Shown here piece by piece: positions 39,051-52,200 of a stretch of 62,000 nt of DNA; positions within the stretch are counted from its first letter, which is position 1; every line of letters starts with the position of its first letter. The stretch is from the NCBI GenBank assembly GCA_951406725.2, contig OX597823.1, positions 38,274,001-38,336,000 of the forward strand. The letters are read 5' to 3'. A model generated the notes under the pieces. The model made no database searches. It had not been told where the DNA came from and was given only the letters and a program-made list of their open reading frames with translations. Source of the DNA: Octopus vulgaris (Eukaryota). Made by a program: the position numbers and the translations under genes.

Positions 39051-39236
39051 CAGTGCTGCACAACGGGTATGCTGTGACACACTGGTGAGTCACGAGACGG
39101 TGTTAGGTGTGCTGCAGTGTAATATAAATTTAATTTTTTCCTCTATACTTTTAGTTATATTTTTAGTTCAGGTGTGCTGCCATATTTTGAAAAGAATATA
39201 AGTGTACTGCAAGGGAAAAAAAGTTGCGGAGCACTG
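39051..39236. mobile_element. hAT-type MITE
   Basis: 14-bp TIR CAGTGCTGCACAAC / GTTGCGGAGCACTG; imperfect 8-bp TSD TCATGGTG / TCATAATG. Confidence 0.72.
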
Positions 39237-40778
39237 TCATAATGGACAGCAGGTAGATTTTGGAAGTCACAGGCTTGGGAAAAAAGTGGAGTCTCTGTGA
39301 GTGGGTGTATTTTTTCTGTAGTAGTGTGTGATTTTGGAAGCAATATTATCTAGGTTTGAATAGCCAACTTTGAGATTATGAACATTAAAAGTTTGCAGTA
39401 TATATAGGTGTTTGGAAAATGCTGCCTAATTTGGATAAAAGAAACTTCGAGCTTTATTTGTAGATAAACCTTAGAATGAATAGAGGATTCAATCAGATTA
39501 ATTCTCCTTCGAACTCATTTTGGGTCTGGGCAGGTGGGTTGAGGATATGTGTGTATGTGTAAATATACATGTATACATACACACATACATGTCATCATCA
39601 TCATCATCATCATCCTTTAATGTCTGTTTTTATTGTTGGCATGGGTCCAGTGGTTCAGCAGAAGCTAGTGAGCCAGAGGACTGTGCCAAGTTCCAATGTC
39701 TGAGTTGGCATGGTTTCTATGCCAGTCACTTTACAGAGTGTACTGGGTGCTAATTACATGCAAAGTCACCAAGTAACTTGCAAGACAAAACTCTCCAACT
39801 GAGTGGGTGTAGTATTTATTAAGGGAGGTGGCTTTATGCTGGGTGATGAGAGGTTAAAGGGATAGATACAGGTATCTTGCTGTAGAGGAGCTACATGGGC
39901 ACCTTATCTGGAAAAGAGCTGGGATGATGGTGAAGATGTGCCATAGTTGTACAAATTGTCAAAGTCTATGTCATTTTATATACACAGTAGGGGAGAATCA
40001 GGCCAGCCACCTATGGTGCTGTGTATGTCTTTCAATGTGTGTTTCATTGTCATATTACCACTAGAAGGGTTGTGGAGGCCCTTAAAAGTCACTTCTACCC
40101 TAAATCAGTTCTTACTGCCTCCCATCCCTACAGGCCCATTGCCAACTTTGGTGCTTCAGAATATTCTGGGTGGGCACTAATTTGTAATAATACTAAAGCA
40201 AAGTATAAGGCAGTGAGTGGGCAGAATCATTAGCTCACTGGGCAAAATGTTTAGCAGCATTTCATCCATCATTATGTCCTGAGTTCAAATTCTGCCAAGG
40301 TTGACCTTACATGTCATCCTTTAGGATTTTGATAAAATAAGTACCAGTTGATCACTAGGGTTGCTGGCCTTGTGCCAAAATTTGAAATCAATAATAAAGT
40401 GGAGTTTTGAAATAAGCGTATCACTGTAAATCTGAGGGCGCACCTTTGAATAAATGAGGGGGTAGTGCTGTCCAGTGTACTCATTAAGCCACAGGCACCT
40501 CTTGACAGGTAACCAGTAATGTGGGTAGCAGAGTTCAAGTGTCACTTGTGTACGATCCATTTTAGCATAATTTCTATAGCTGAATACTGTTTTTCTTATT
40601 AACCTCTTTAATGAGTGTAATGGATAAATTTCCTTGTGTTCTCAGTACTGAAGTTGTCTCATGGGAAGAAGACTACAGACTCCTCTGTATCCTGAATTTC
40701 AAGGTTATACATATAGGCATACATACATACATACATACATACATACATACATACATACAAACATACATACATACATAA

Positions 40779-40809
<31 letters not shown>

Positions 40810-40884
40810 CATACATGTGTTGGTGTATGTAATGCAAACACACATGTGCATACAAACCACTATATACATATATGTGTATATATA

Positions 40885-41084
40885 TATATGGTGTGTTGTG
40901 AATTTATGGAAAGAAATCCCATAAAACTCAACAATTTAGTTAAAAGTGGAGAAGAGAAGATGTTAAAATATATAAGAGAATTTTAAAATTCTCTTATATA
41001 TTTTAACACCTTCTCCTCTCTATTTTTTGTCAAAATTGTTGAGTTTTATGGGATTTCTTTCCATAAATTCACAACACACCATAT
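40885..41084. repeat. Spacerless palindrome of about 200 bp; second, right-truncated copy at 41829-41973
   Basis: Centre GAGAATTTT|AAAATTCTC at 40984/40985 and again at 41929/41930. Confidence 0.92.
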
Positions 41085-41185
41085 ATAAGTATTATTGTCA
41101 TATTCGCAATTTTATGCCATTAAGCTACCAGCAAAATATGAAGAATCTATATTGGAAACCTCCAAATTAAAGGACAAATCTAATT

Positions 41186-41236
<51 letters not shown>

Positions 41237-41553
41237 TAATTGTATAGGGTACAATTATACTGAAGGGTACAGGAAGTTACTGTGCCTATATGCTGAAAGA
41301 AGATGCCGAATTCGTCCCACCACTTTACATGTTTACTCCACATATACACTTTATCCTGTAATTATGTTTAGATATAACCCATTCACTTTGGGTCAGTTTA
41401 TTTACCTCTGTAATATTCTGACCAAATGCACACATGCTGAGGTGGATTGTGAAATTCGATGCGTATATATGTGTGACTATTTGTATGTACTTGCATTTTG
41501 CATGTGCTTTTTTGTGGGTATGTATAAATATTTTCGTTTATTTTGCTTAGTAT

Positions 41554-41610
41554 GTTCTGCTGATGAAGGAAGAGTTATCAAACTAATCCAGAAATTGATC
41601 TATCCAAAAC
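41554..41610 (+). ncRNA. Degenerate type I hammerhead ribozyme
   Basis: GTTCTG CTGATGA AGGA...AGTT-ATCA-AACT...TCCA GAAA TT-GATC-TA TC CAAAAC. Core intact, palindromic GATC loop, ATC triplet; one mismatch in each stem. Confidence 0.55.
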
Positions 41611-41784
41611 TAACTGAATTATTTTATGAATTTTTAGTCAGTCTACTTTCTCGCTTTCAACCTGTGTGTATTTGTGGAGTGAACATATATATCTATATAT
41701 GTATTTTACCTAAAAGGTTTTTATATGATGGCCACTAATAAAATTCATTAATTTTAATGATTTTATCCTGTAATTATGTTTAAA

Positions 41785-41826
<42 letters not shown>

Positions 41827-42156
41827 AAATATGGTGTATTGTGAATTTATGGGAAGAAATCCCATAAAATCCTCAACTAATTTTGATAAAAATGGAGAAG
41901 AGAAGGTGTTAAATATATAAGAGAATTTTAAAATTCTCTTACATATTTAACAACCTTCTCCTCTATTTTTATCAGGTCATTCGAAGTTTTCTTTCTTCAG
42001 TCAAGCACCAGATTATCCTCACAATTTTGACTGATTATACTTAAGATTGCTCCAATCTGGCCAGCTCCAAGGAAAAACTAAGCTAAAGAGCATTAGATTC
42101 CTTGGAAGAAAGCAGCAAATGTATACAAAAACAAGGATGGAAAGAAAAGGGTGGGA

Positions 42157-43350
42157 AACATGACAGAAATAAATCACTATAAAGTAAATCATCACGATGT
42201 TTATTTTAACTTGTAAAGGTTAATATTTTTTATTGATTGACATTTTAAAGTTTCAGGTTCTATGTGTAACTGTTTAATCATGCCATGAACAAAAGAAGCC
42301 TTGGAACCGACTGAATTTCAAAGAGGCCGTATTGTGGGTCATTCTGAAGGTGGACTTAGTGTAAAATTGCAGAAAACCTTCAGATTCTGCTTTCTACAGT
42401 TAATTGTGATTGTGCAATTCACTAGAGAAGGGAAGGAGTTCACATTACTTTGCTCAGGTTGACCAAGGTCCTCTGACAGGACCCTTCACTTTGTTAAGAG
42501 TAATGTGGAGGATATTCCTTATTGCAAGGCCTCTGGCATAGCAGAACAAGTTGATGTCAGTCCCAGAACAGCTGTCAGGTATCTCCACAAACATGGCTAC
42601 TATGGCAGAGCAACAAGAAGGAAGCGACTTCTTCAACTAACCAAAATCAAGTAGAGAAAAGATTTGGCCAGTGAGATGGTGGAGAAGCCACTAGCATTTT
42701 GGGACACTCATATTCTCTGATGAGTCCAGATTTGCTATATTTTCTGATAGTGGTTGAGTATGGGTCTGGAGATTCTGTGATCAAGAATTTGATGTGAAAA
42801 GATTGTAGCCAACAATGAAACACCGGTGGCTATTTTGTGATAGGATGGGGAGCAATTTGGAGTAATGATCAATCAGAGCTGGTGGAGTCTGAGGGAAACA
42901 GACAAATGTGTACATATTACAGAAAGGACTCCTTCCAATCTTCTCCAGTAGTGAAATGATTAAAGAAGACTCTTTATTTATGGAATATGGGGTCCTTGTT
43001 ACATGGCTAAAAAGACCAAGCTTCCATGGCCAAGCCTGTCATCAGATATGAACACTATTGTGCACCTCTGAGGCATAATGGACAGGAACTTTGTAAAAAG
43101 AACATAAAAGCATCCTCAAAGTCAGATCTTTTGAGATTACTGAATGAAACTTGGTAAGAAATTCCTCAAGAGAATATTCATCAATTGATCAGTATTATGC
43201 CTAATAGGGTCCTTGCATAGAAAAATATCAAGAGCATATCTACTAAATATTAGATATTCACATTATAATAATATATTAATAATTTTAATGTATAATTTCA
43301 GATTTAAATACATTTTAACGATTATAAGGGTGTCTACTTACTTCTGTCAT
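42157..43350 (+). mobile_element. Tc1-like transposon, decayed
   Basis: EPTEFQRGRIVGHSEGGLS, FSDESRF, WPSLSSDMN; terminal repeats ACATGACAGAAATAAATCAC and TACTTACTTCTGTCATGT. Confidence 0.85.
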
Positions 43351-43437
43351 GTGTGTGTGTGTGTGTGTATGAATATATGTATAGAAATGTGTTTGCAAAA
43401 GGAGGAAAAAATGTACTCATACTACGTGTATGAATCG

Positions 43438-43477
<40 letters not shown>

Positions 43478-43756
43478 GTCTATCTATTTAGCTAGCTATA
43501 TTTAATTTATATTTATATGTATATATTTGTAGAAACAAGTGCATGAATGTATGTGTATAGACAGACAGACAGACATAGATAAATTGACAACAAGTGGCAT
43601 CGAAATTGTGAAAAGGTTTCTAAGTAATGATATGGAGAGAGAGAGAGAGAATTTTTCCCCTTTATATTGACCATATGAAACATAAACAACCCAAATCACT
43701 GATTTGGCGTATTTTTATTACCTCGGCCATTCCTCAATAGGAAATGTTAAAGGTTG

Positions 43757-43801
<45 letters not shown>

Positions 43802-44208
43802 GTGTGTCAGCCCTTGTGGCCAATAAAAAGAATTAATTATTATTATTACTACTACATTCACCTGTAGCTTTCTTCCTACTTGTCCTTCAAGTTTATTTAT
43901 ATACACCCTGTTATTTCAACTGTGTTATTTCACCCACGCAATTTTATTCCAAGTTGTCAATCAGGACATTAGACAAAAATGTGTTGTGTATGTGTATGTT
44001 ACTGTGTGACGCCTTTTCAAAATGTGGATTTTAAAAAAGTGCTGTTTGTTTTCCAAATATTTCTTGATGTTAGGCTAATTTAAAATTATTACATTATTTA
44101 ACTCGGTGATATATTCATTTCCTATTTATTGAATGTTAAATGAATACTTTTGGTTAAGTCCAGAAATTCTAAAGAAAGGGAAAATAATTCTTTTTGTGAG
44201 AATTATAC

Positions 44209-44290
<82 letters not shown>

Positions 44291-44353
44291 ACGAGAGAGT
44301 ATCATTTCATTCATTCCGTTTAGATTTAACCGAAGGAATTGGGACGGACTTAC

Positions 44354-44374
44354 CAAGGAATGGTAATAGATTAG
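44354..44374 (-). CDS. Candidate 21-nt micro-exon (A)NLLPFL(G) of an unidentified gene
   Basis: Pyrimidine tract of about 70 nt, then TTTCAG|CTAATCTATTACCATTCCTTG|GTAAGT; frame-preserving and open in phase 1. Confidence 0.45.
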
Positions 44375-46136
44375 CTGAAATGAAAGAGTTAATAAAGAAG
44401 AAAGACGAATAAGAGAATATACGAGCAGAAATATTAAAAAGAGAGATAAAAATTCTGAAGCGGTGTTGAGATGATTTCATAGAACGAAACATTTATTAGT
44501 ATTGTTATCATTACGGGGCGGCAAACTGACAAAAGCGGCAGAGCATCGGTCTAAATGTTTAGCTTTAATTAGTTCGGTTCCTCTGCATACTGAAATCCCA
44601 GTACCAGTCATGTACTAGGCTTTATTTTAATCCCTTGCAATTTTTTGACCAAGAGCCTATGTTAAGAATTATTAATATCTATTATACTATTATTAGCTAT
44701 AACGATGACGGAATGGTAGTAGTATTAAAACATCGCCAGAAATGGTATATACATACATACATATAGATGCATATATGTACACACATACGTACGTGTGTGT
44801 GTATGAAGAAATGTGGAGAAGCATTGTCGGAAAAAAAGGCGTAGTAAATAATCGAAGGAAAGATTTGTATGAAGTGTTGTGTAAAAAGAGGATGAGGACG
44901 GCAAGGTATGAATGTTTATAAAGAGTGGTGAAGAGGGAAAGGAAGAAACACTGAAAGAAAAGAGAAAGACGAAAGAGCGAGAGAGAGAAATAGAAAGAAA
45001 GAAAGAATGAGTGTTAGAATGAGAGAAAAGGGAGTGTCAGGTGAAGATAACATAGTGAAGGACAATGTATTATAGTTAGAGAGAGAATGAGAGAGTGAGA
45101 TATATATATATATATATACATAGAGATAAATAAAAAGAAATAAAGAAAAAAGATAGACTAAAGTGACTGAGCAGTGGAAAGAAAGAAAATAAAAGAGAAC
45201 AAGTGTTACAATGAGGGAAAAGGAGTGTCAAGCGAGGATAATAGAGAGAAGGACGGTGTATGGTAGCTAAAGAGAGTGAGATAGATACATACATAAAAAG
45301 ACAAAGAGAGGAAGAGAGAGAGGGAGATTGAGGAAGGTTAGCAGAGGCTGCGAGATGCAGGCACTATTATTATTGCATGTAGTCAGCGAGTGTTGTTTGC
45401 AACACCGTTGGGCTTAAAAGTAGCCAGGCTCTTGGAGATAAACGCATCTTTTACAGTTAGATCACTTAATTAAGGAATTTTTACACGGTTCGATGTTGGT
45501 ACATATGAAATTCTCCCTAAAATCTTGCCTGGTCTCACTGTCCGGCTTTTAATATGAGACATTAACATGGCGACTTCTCTTTATAACTGCAGACGACACG
45601 ACTTTTCAGTGAATTTGACCGGTATTTAAACGGTCATTTTTGCTTTTTTTGGGAAAAAAAAACAAAACATGCTTTCGATTATGGATAAATATACACAATA
45701 TCGAGATATTATTAAAGTATAATTGATTGGCAAGGTAGGTTTTAACTGTTTACTCTCGAGTATTTCGGTTTGACCACACTTGGTTTCATTTCAACACTGT
45801 TTATTTAATAATGGATCATTTATTGATCTTCATTTCTCTCCAAAAAAAAAAAGAAATAATAATAATAATAATAATCATAATAATAATAAGTGTAAATATA
45901 TAATCATTATTAATGAAATGTATGCTTTGGCGTGTTGCAGAAATTCTTATTCACATGTACCATACTTATTAATTTCATTACGAAATTCTCTGTATTTATT
46001 TATTTATCTCTTATAAATGCTCAACTTGTAAAAAAATATTCTGTAAAAACGCACCGAAGAAATACAGAATTAATGAAACCAGCATCGCAATCTGTTTATA
46101 TTAACGTATACTGCTGCATTATTATTTTCGCTGAAC

Positions 46137-46171
<35 letters not shown>

Positions 46172-46189
46172 TATATATATATATATATA

Positions 46190-46503
46190 TACATACACAC
46201 ACACATATAATATATGTGTGTGTGTGTGTGCATGTGTGTATTTATATATATATATAGATGCACACATACACACATATAATATATGTGTGTGTGTATGTGT
46301 GCATGTGTATGTATATATATATACATGCACACATACACACACACACACATATATTATATGTGTGTGTGCGTGTGTGTTGGTTGTAGTGGCTGGTGTTTAC
46401 GTTAATGTTGGCAATCCTTACTGGTAATTGCTTCGGTTTTCTTCGTCGCCACCTCTAGATGCACACATACACACATATAATATATGTGTGTGTGTATGTG
46501 TGC

Positions 46504-46541
<38 letters not shown>

Positions 46542-46762
46542 GCACACATACACACATATAATATATGTGTGTGTGTGTGTATGTGTGCATGTGTATGTAT
46601 ATATATATATATGCACACATACACACTTATAATATATGTGTGTGTGTGTGTGCGTGCGTGTGTATGTGTGTGTGCGTGTGTGTTGGTTGTAGTGGCTGGT
46701 GTTTACGTTAATGTTGGCAATCCTTACTGGTAATTGCTTCGGTTTTCTTCGTCGCCACCTCT
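46190..46762. repeat. Array of self-complementary units of about 60 bp plus a 306-bp-offset duplication of a unique core
   Basis: Unit ATGCACACATACACACAT-ATAAT-ATATGTGTGTGTGTATGTGTGCAT; identical core of about 90 bp at 46366-46456 and 46672-46762. Confidence 0.85.
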
Positions 46763-46931
46763 CAACAATCAACGAGAAATGAAATATTGATTCCCACTTG
46801 TTAAATTTTTACTTCATTACAAACTTACTTTCCATGTTATTTCATGCCGCAATCGGTTATGTTATCATCATCATCATCATCGTCATCATCATCGCTGATA
46901 TCAATGCTGTCATTATTAACATTTGGTGTTG

Positions 46932-46966
<35 letters not shown>

Positions 46967-47306
46967 GTTGTTGTTAATATTATTATTATTTAGCGCTCGA
47001 CCCTGCTGTTTGCCTTCACTGAAAACTCAAAAGTCGAACCACTTTAGGCATTTATTATCTCCGTCCCTCCCTCTCTCTTTCTCTCTTCCCCTCGAATACA
47101 TACATACATACAATTATTTGTAGGATTCATTTGAATCAATGTATTTTAACATCCAGGACACCAACCAAGCGAGGGTCGAGCTCGGTACATACGTGTACAT
47201 ATGCAGACACATTCGTATATACCCGTGTACACACACACACACACACACACAATGTATGTACGTGTATGCATGCAGAATGTGAATGCGTGTACATTTTTTT
47301 ATCATA

Positions 47307-47402
<96 letters not shown>

Positions 47403-48135
47403 AATACAGGATATATGACATTAAGGGCTTAGGCGGGTTTTCGGGGAGCAAGTGCGACAACTACTTGTATTATTTGCCGAGAAACGTGTACGACTCTTAC
47501 AATAAATAAAGGTTTTGAATTAATTACTGATACCATTCATATATATATATACGTACACACACGCACACACTAATTAATATACAATCGTATGCACACAGAC
47601 AGGTGCTTTCTAGATGTATTTCCTTCTTTTAACCATTAAACGCATTCTTATAATCATTTAAAACACTGTTGTTTCTGGATTTCTCTGCTGTTTTGCTTCA
47701 ATAATTATAAAATCTTCCGCACTATGCTATAACGATCTGTTCCACCAACTAACCCCATACCCCCTTCTCCAGAATAGATTAAATCGCAGCTCCTTCCCAC
47801 TTCATCTCGTTTATGCTTATTAAACTGAATAAGCAATTTTGCTTTCGGGCTTTTAAACAATTGTTTTAGGAAAACAATTTTAATTTTTTTTTTTTTACCG
47901 CTTGTAGCCATTCAATTTCAGGATATTTTAACCCCATGATCATCAATATCCTAGAATATATTGTCTATCAAAGATTTTACTTTGTGCTTGGACAGTATTA
48001 TTTTATATAATGTATGTATTACGCTAGAAAGCATAACAAGACAAGCATTTTTATATATTATATATATATATATATATATAAACATATATAAATTTAGCAT
48101 AAGGGCATACAAGACGTCTACCTGTTAGAAAGAGG

Positions 48136-48195
<60 letters not shown>

Positions 48196-48457
48196 AAGAG
48201 AGAGAGAGTTAGATATATACATATAGCTAGATGACTAAATTAACTAAATAAATAGATACATAGATTGTGTGTGAGTGTGATTTCTTAGCAAATGCAACCA
48301 CCCCTTTGGTCAATTATAATATGCCTAGAAACATGCGTGTGTATATAGTAATATAGATTTAGGTGTACTTAGTTATATAGCAAACTGAGTCGGAAAATAA
48401 CAACCCAGTAAAGATAACGCAACAAATAACCAACCAACCAACCAACCAACCCTTTAC

Positions 48458-48488
48458 CCTGTTCAATGCTAACGTGTGAATCATTCAT
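48458..48488 (-). CDS. Candidate 31-nt first coding exon MNDSHVSIEQ
   Basis: TTCTATATCTCTTACAG|ATGAATGATTCACACGTTAGCATTGAACAGG|GTAAAG; a possible upstream donor GTGAGT at 48586 would give a 98-nt intron. Confidence 0.28.
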
Positions 48489-48994
48489 CTGTAAGAGATA
48501 TAGAATTTCCTACTGCAACCACGACTGTCAGAGAGTCCGATCTTCTTTCGCTTTAACAGTACATTCTAACCCATCTGAAACTCACTACTGTTGTCTTCTT
48601 TCAAAGCGCTCATCACTACACAGCTGATAAAACACTATCTCCTGCTCCACGATTTTATAGTACTAAAATCACTAGAGATCATATTTGTGAAAACTGGGTA
48701 CTTTCTTTCTGTGACAAGCACCACAACCAATGCTTTGACACATTTGTGCAGAGTTAGTGTATCTATTATTTCTTTGAATGCTTAAAGAATGTGACATGAA
48801 ACAGATTTTAAAAGTCTTTTACTCAATGAATGTTATGATTCTGCATTCTTTTAATAATTGATATATCATGTGATGGACGAGTGCTGTTCCTTACTGATTT
48901 GTAGCATTATTTCTTGAATAAAGTCTCTGCTATACAGATGTCATGTTGTTACTTCTTATGACAGTTTATTGGATAAATCAAATGTAGACAATTT

Positions 48995-49230
48995 TGCATT
49001 CAGAAAGATTCAAAGCATTTTCTTGTTAATATTCTGAAAGAACTCAAGGAAGAAAAAGACCCCATAACATTCAAAACAGAACCAGGAAAAATTCTTCCAA
49101 GAAATACCAAATAACTCATCACACTGCCACCTGGAGACATTTTAGTAAACAACAACTCCCTACACGAGTGGGCTATGATGTCCTAAAATATGACTTAAAA
49201 AAAACTATGCCAGATGGGGCTATTAAGTTA
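48995..49230 (+). pseudogene. Penelope-like RT relic
   Basis: KDSKHFLVNILKEL...TLPPGDILV resembles the PLE RT KDT.HFL...LP..TILV region; contains stops. Confidence 0.45.
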
Positions 49231-52200
49231 CCTGCATATTTCTGACTAATGGACTACACACCTTAGTAAACATTATATCACATGAAACATTTAAATTTGT
49301 CACAGATTGTGGTAATTATGAGAAGTGATAAATTGCCTAAATGGTATCTATATCTAATTAATGAACAAATTTTTTTTTGTTTTGCAAGATCTCAGTTCTT
49401 AACTCAAAAACAACAGTAAACTGAATCTGTATTAATTTCTTCAAATCTTAAAACTATAGTATAAAAAAAAAATACAATCCCAAGATAGAGTTATTGAGAA
49501 CAATCTCAGTATTTGACTGGTACTTTATTTTATTGATTCCAAAAGACGACTTAGTTAATCTCAGTGGTATTTGAACTCAAAACGTAAAGAGTTGGAACAA
49601 ATACTACTTAGCATTTTTACTCATGCACTAACAATTCTGCCGACAAGTAAAAGACTTGGACTATTTGAAAATAGAATGCTAATCTTAGAAATAGTAGTAT
49701 CACCAGCCAGAGCATTAGACATAACTCTAAAGAATTCTTGCATTTATTATCAGGATATCCCTGTAAATACTATTGCTGTCATAAATGACAACAACAATGA
49801 AGCTATTTCAGTAGCTGCTTCTCACAAGTGTTTCTTTCTCAATAGGGAATAATATACATGGCTAGAAAATGTCTAGTGGAGATACCTTATGTCACAAGTG
49901 TGGGAATAATGATAATTTTTCTGTAACTCTTTAATTTATAGGTTTTCTGATTTATTGAAACATTTTCTGTGTTATGAGTGCTTTAATAATGTAATTAATA
50001 AATCAGTCACTGTAAGCTCATAGCACTGATAACTTCTCAACCAAAACTGATATTTCTAAGTGAAATGGTTTAGTCTTTAAACTATTCAGAGGCAACATCA
50101 TGATGACATCAACTCAGTATAGTTCCATAATACAGGACACACAGTTTATTGAAATATTGTACAAACAGCAATCACTCTTTGAATACATCTGCTCAGATAT
50201 CATACTTGAACAGTATTTCATTTCATAGCATTTAATGGTTCTGAAAATTCCACATGTTGTACTCTTCATTAATTTGACTATATTTACTTCTACTCAAAGA
50301 TTGTAATAAGAAAAGAAGCAAACTACCTAATCAAAGGCATCATGGAGAGCTTGGATTGTTGTAATAAAGAAAATGAAAACCATAAATTATGCTTTTTCAT
50401 TGATTCTCAACCACTGTCAACATTCTTCCTTCATGCTTTTATAGTACCTGTGATTGAATAGTTAATACATTATATTGCATCCCATCTTGGGCAGTTCTAT
50501 TGCTGCTGCTGCACATACAGACATCTCAGACCACATGCAGAAAAGACACTCCATCTAACCTGTGACCCATGGCTGCATTGTCTCCTTTCTCTATCTTTTC
50601 TACCTCTACTATAATGGCTTCTGCTCCTCTGAACTGGCTAGGTGCATGCCACATCCACTCAGGCATTCTTGATCCACTCTTCTCTCTTCCCCTCATCATT
50701 TTTGTTGTGTCCAATCCCCTAGGTCCCACACTCAGTTCTTTCTTTCTAGAGCATCAGCCTCAGGAACTCCCCATTAGTGGCTCTAGAGGAACATTAATGG
50801 CATTGATCTTGTTAGTCTCAGAGGGCCAGTTAAGGTCATGGGTACTGTCCCTTCTTCCAAATAAAAATGGATGATCCTGACAAAAATCTATGTGCATTTC
50901 TGTCACATGTCAAAGAATGTGATATAATTTTCTCTAATAAAAAAAATGTGTTCTTTTAGTAATTGGTGTATCACTTGATAGGCAAATTTTCACCTTTACT
51001 TAAAACAGAAGTTGAGCAGCTGCAGCATTATTCATTGAATAAAGTCTTTGTATGGTTTTGTTTATTGTTACCCCTTATTGCTGTGTATATTGTTTTACCT
51101 ACTCATTTGTCATCATCATCACTGTTACATCTACTTTCCATGCTGGCATGAGTTGGACAGATCATCACAATCTGCATTAGTTCCTGTTCAGAGGGATACT
51201 ACCCTCCATTTCTGGCATGGTTCCTGCCAAATGTCCTTCCTAACACCAACCACTTTACAGAGTATACAGAATGCATTTTAATGTAGTACCAGCACCACTG
51301 AAATTACTTTATGCCTCATGACACTGTTCTATGGTGTTTGTGTTCAGTCAAAGCAATATGTCAAAGAGAGTGAGTATAAGGGCAGGGAGTAGGGATATGA
51401 TGGAGGTGAAACAGGAACAATGATTGGAGTGAAAAAGCGGTAGAGGAAGGTACAATGGAAGAGATGCCATACTGAAACGAGTATGATGGAAGAAACAGTA
51501 AGGTACATTGGATTGGTGAGAGGGTATCAAATAGCAAATGGAGATTTAATAGGGTATGTAGGGCAGTAGGCCCGAGTGTCAGTTGGAGCAGCAGATGAAG
51601 GTTTAACAGGGATATAGTGAATAATAATAGCTCCAAATGTAGATATATATCTCCCAGGTTCATCACTACCATCATTTTAATGGTTTTTAGGCTATGGATG
51701 GGTAGGTCTTCTCCAGCACTGCATGATGTCAATCATCACGATACTTTGTCACCACCTTGTGAGGGTCAGCATCCTGATATCAGTTACTGTATGCTCTTAG
51801 GTCTCAATCTTCTGGTTTCATTAATTTTCAGTGCTTTGTGCTTTAAGGGTCTGTCATCCAACCAAATTCTGTAATAGGTGTGTATTTTGACCTCTCTTAT
51901 AATCTGATATCCAGTAAAATAATAATGACTATCAAATTTCAATGTGAAGTCAAAAACATTACTAATTCTAAATAATTTATGCAGTGGAACATTTTGAAGA
52001 AATAAAAATATAAAAATACTTTCAGTTAATTATTTGTAAGTTTTATAATTAATGATTTATGATTGAAAGTATGATGCTATCTACTTGGAATTATTGTATA
52101 TCTTTAGGACTGAAAAACTTGAGGGAATAGTAAAACATTTCACTATTAAAATTGTTTTATTTAAGTGATTAAGATAATAAAGTATCCTTTCAGTTAATTA

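Larger units (their letters stand above)
44300..48700. promoter_or_regulatory. CpG-retaining non-repeat block, probable promoter / first-intron region
   Basis: CG dinucleotides are visibly frequent in unique sequence here and scarce in unique sequence either side; YY1-like AACATGGCG at 45564-45572. Not quantified. Confidence 0.45.
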
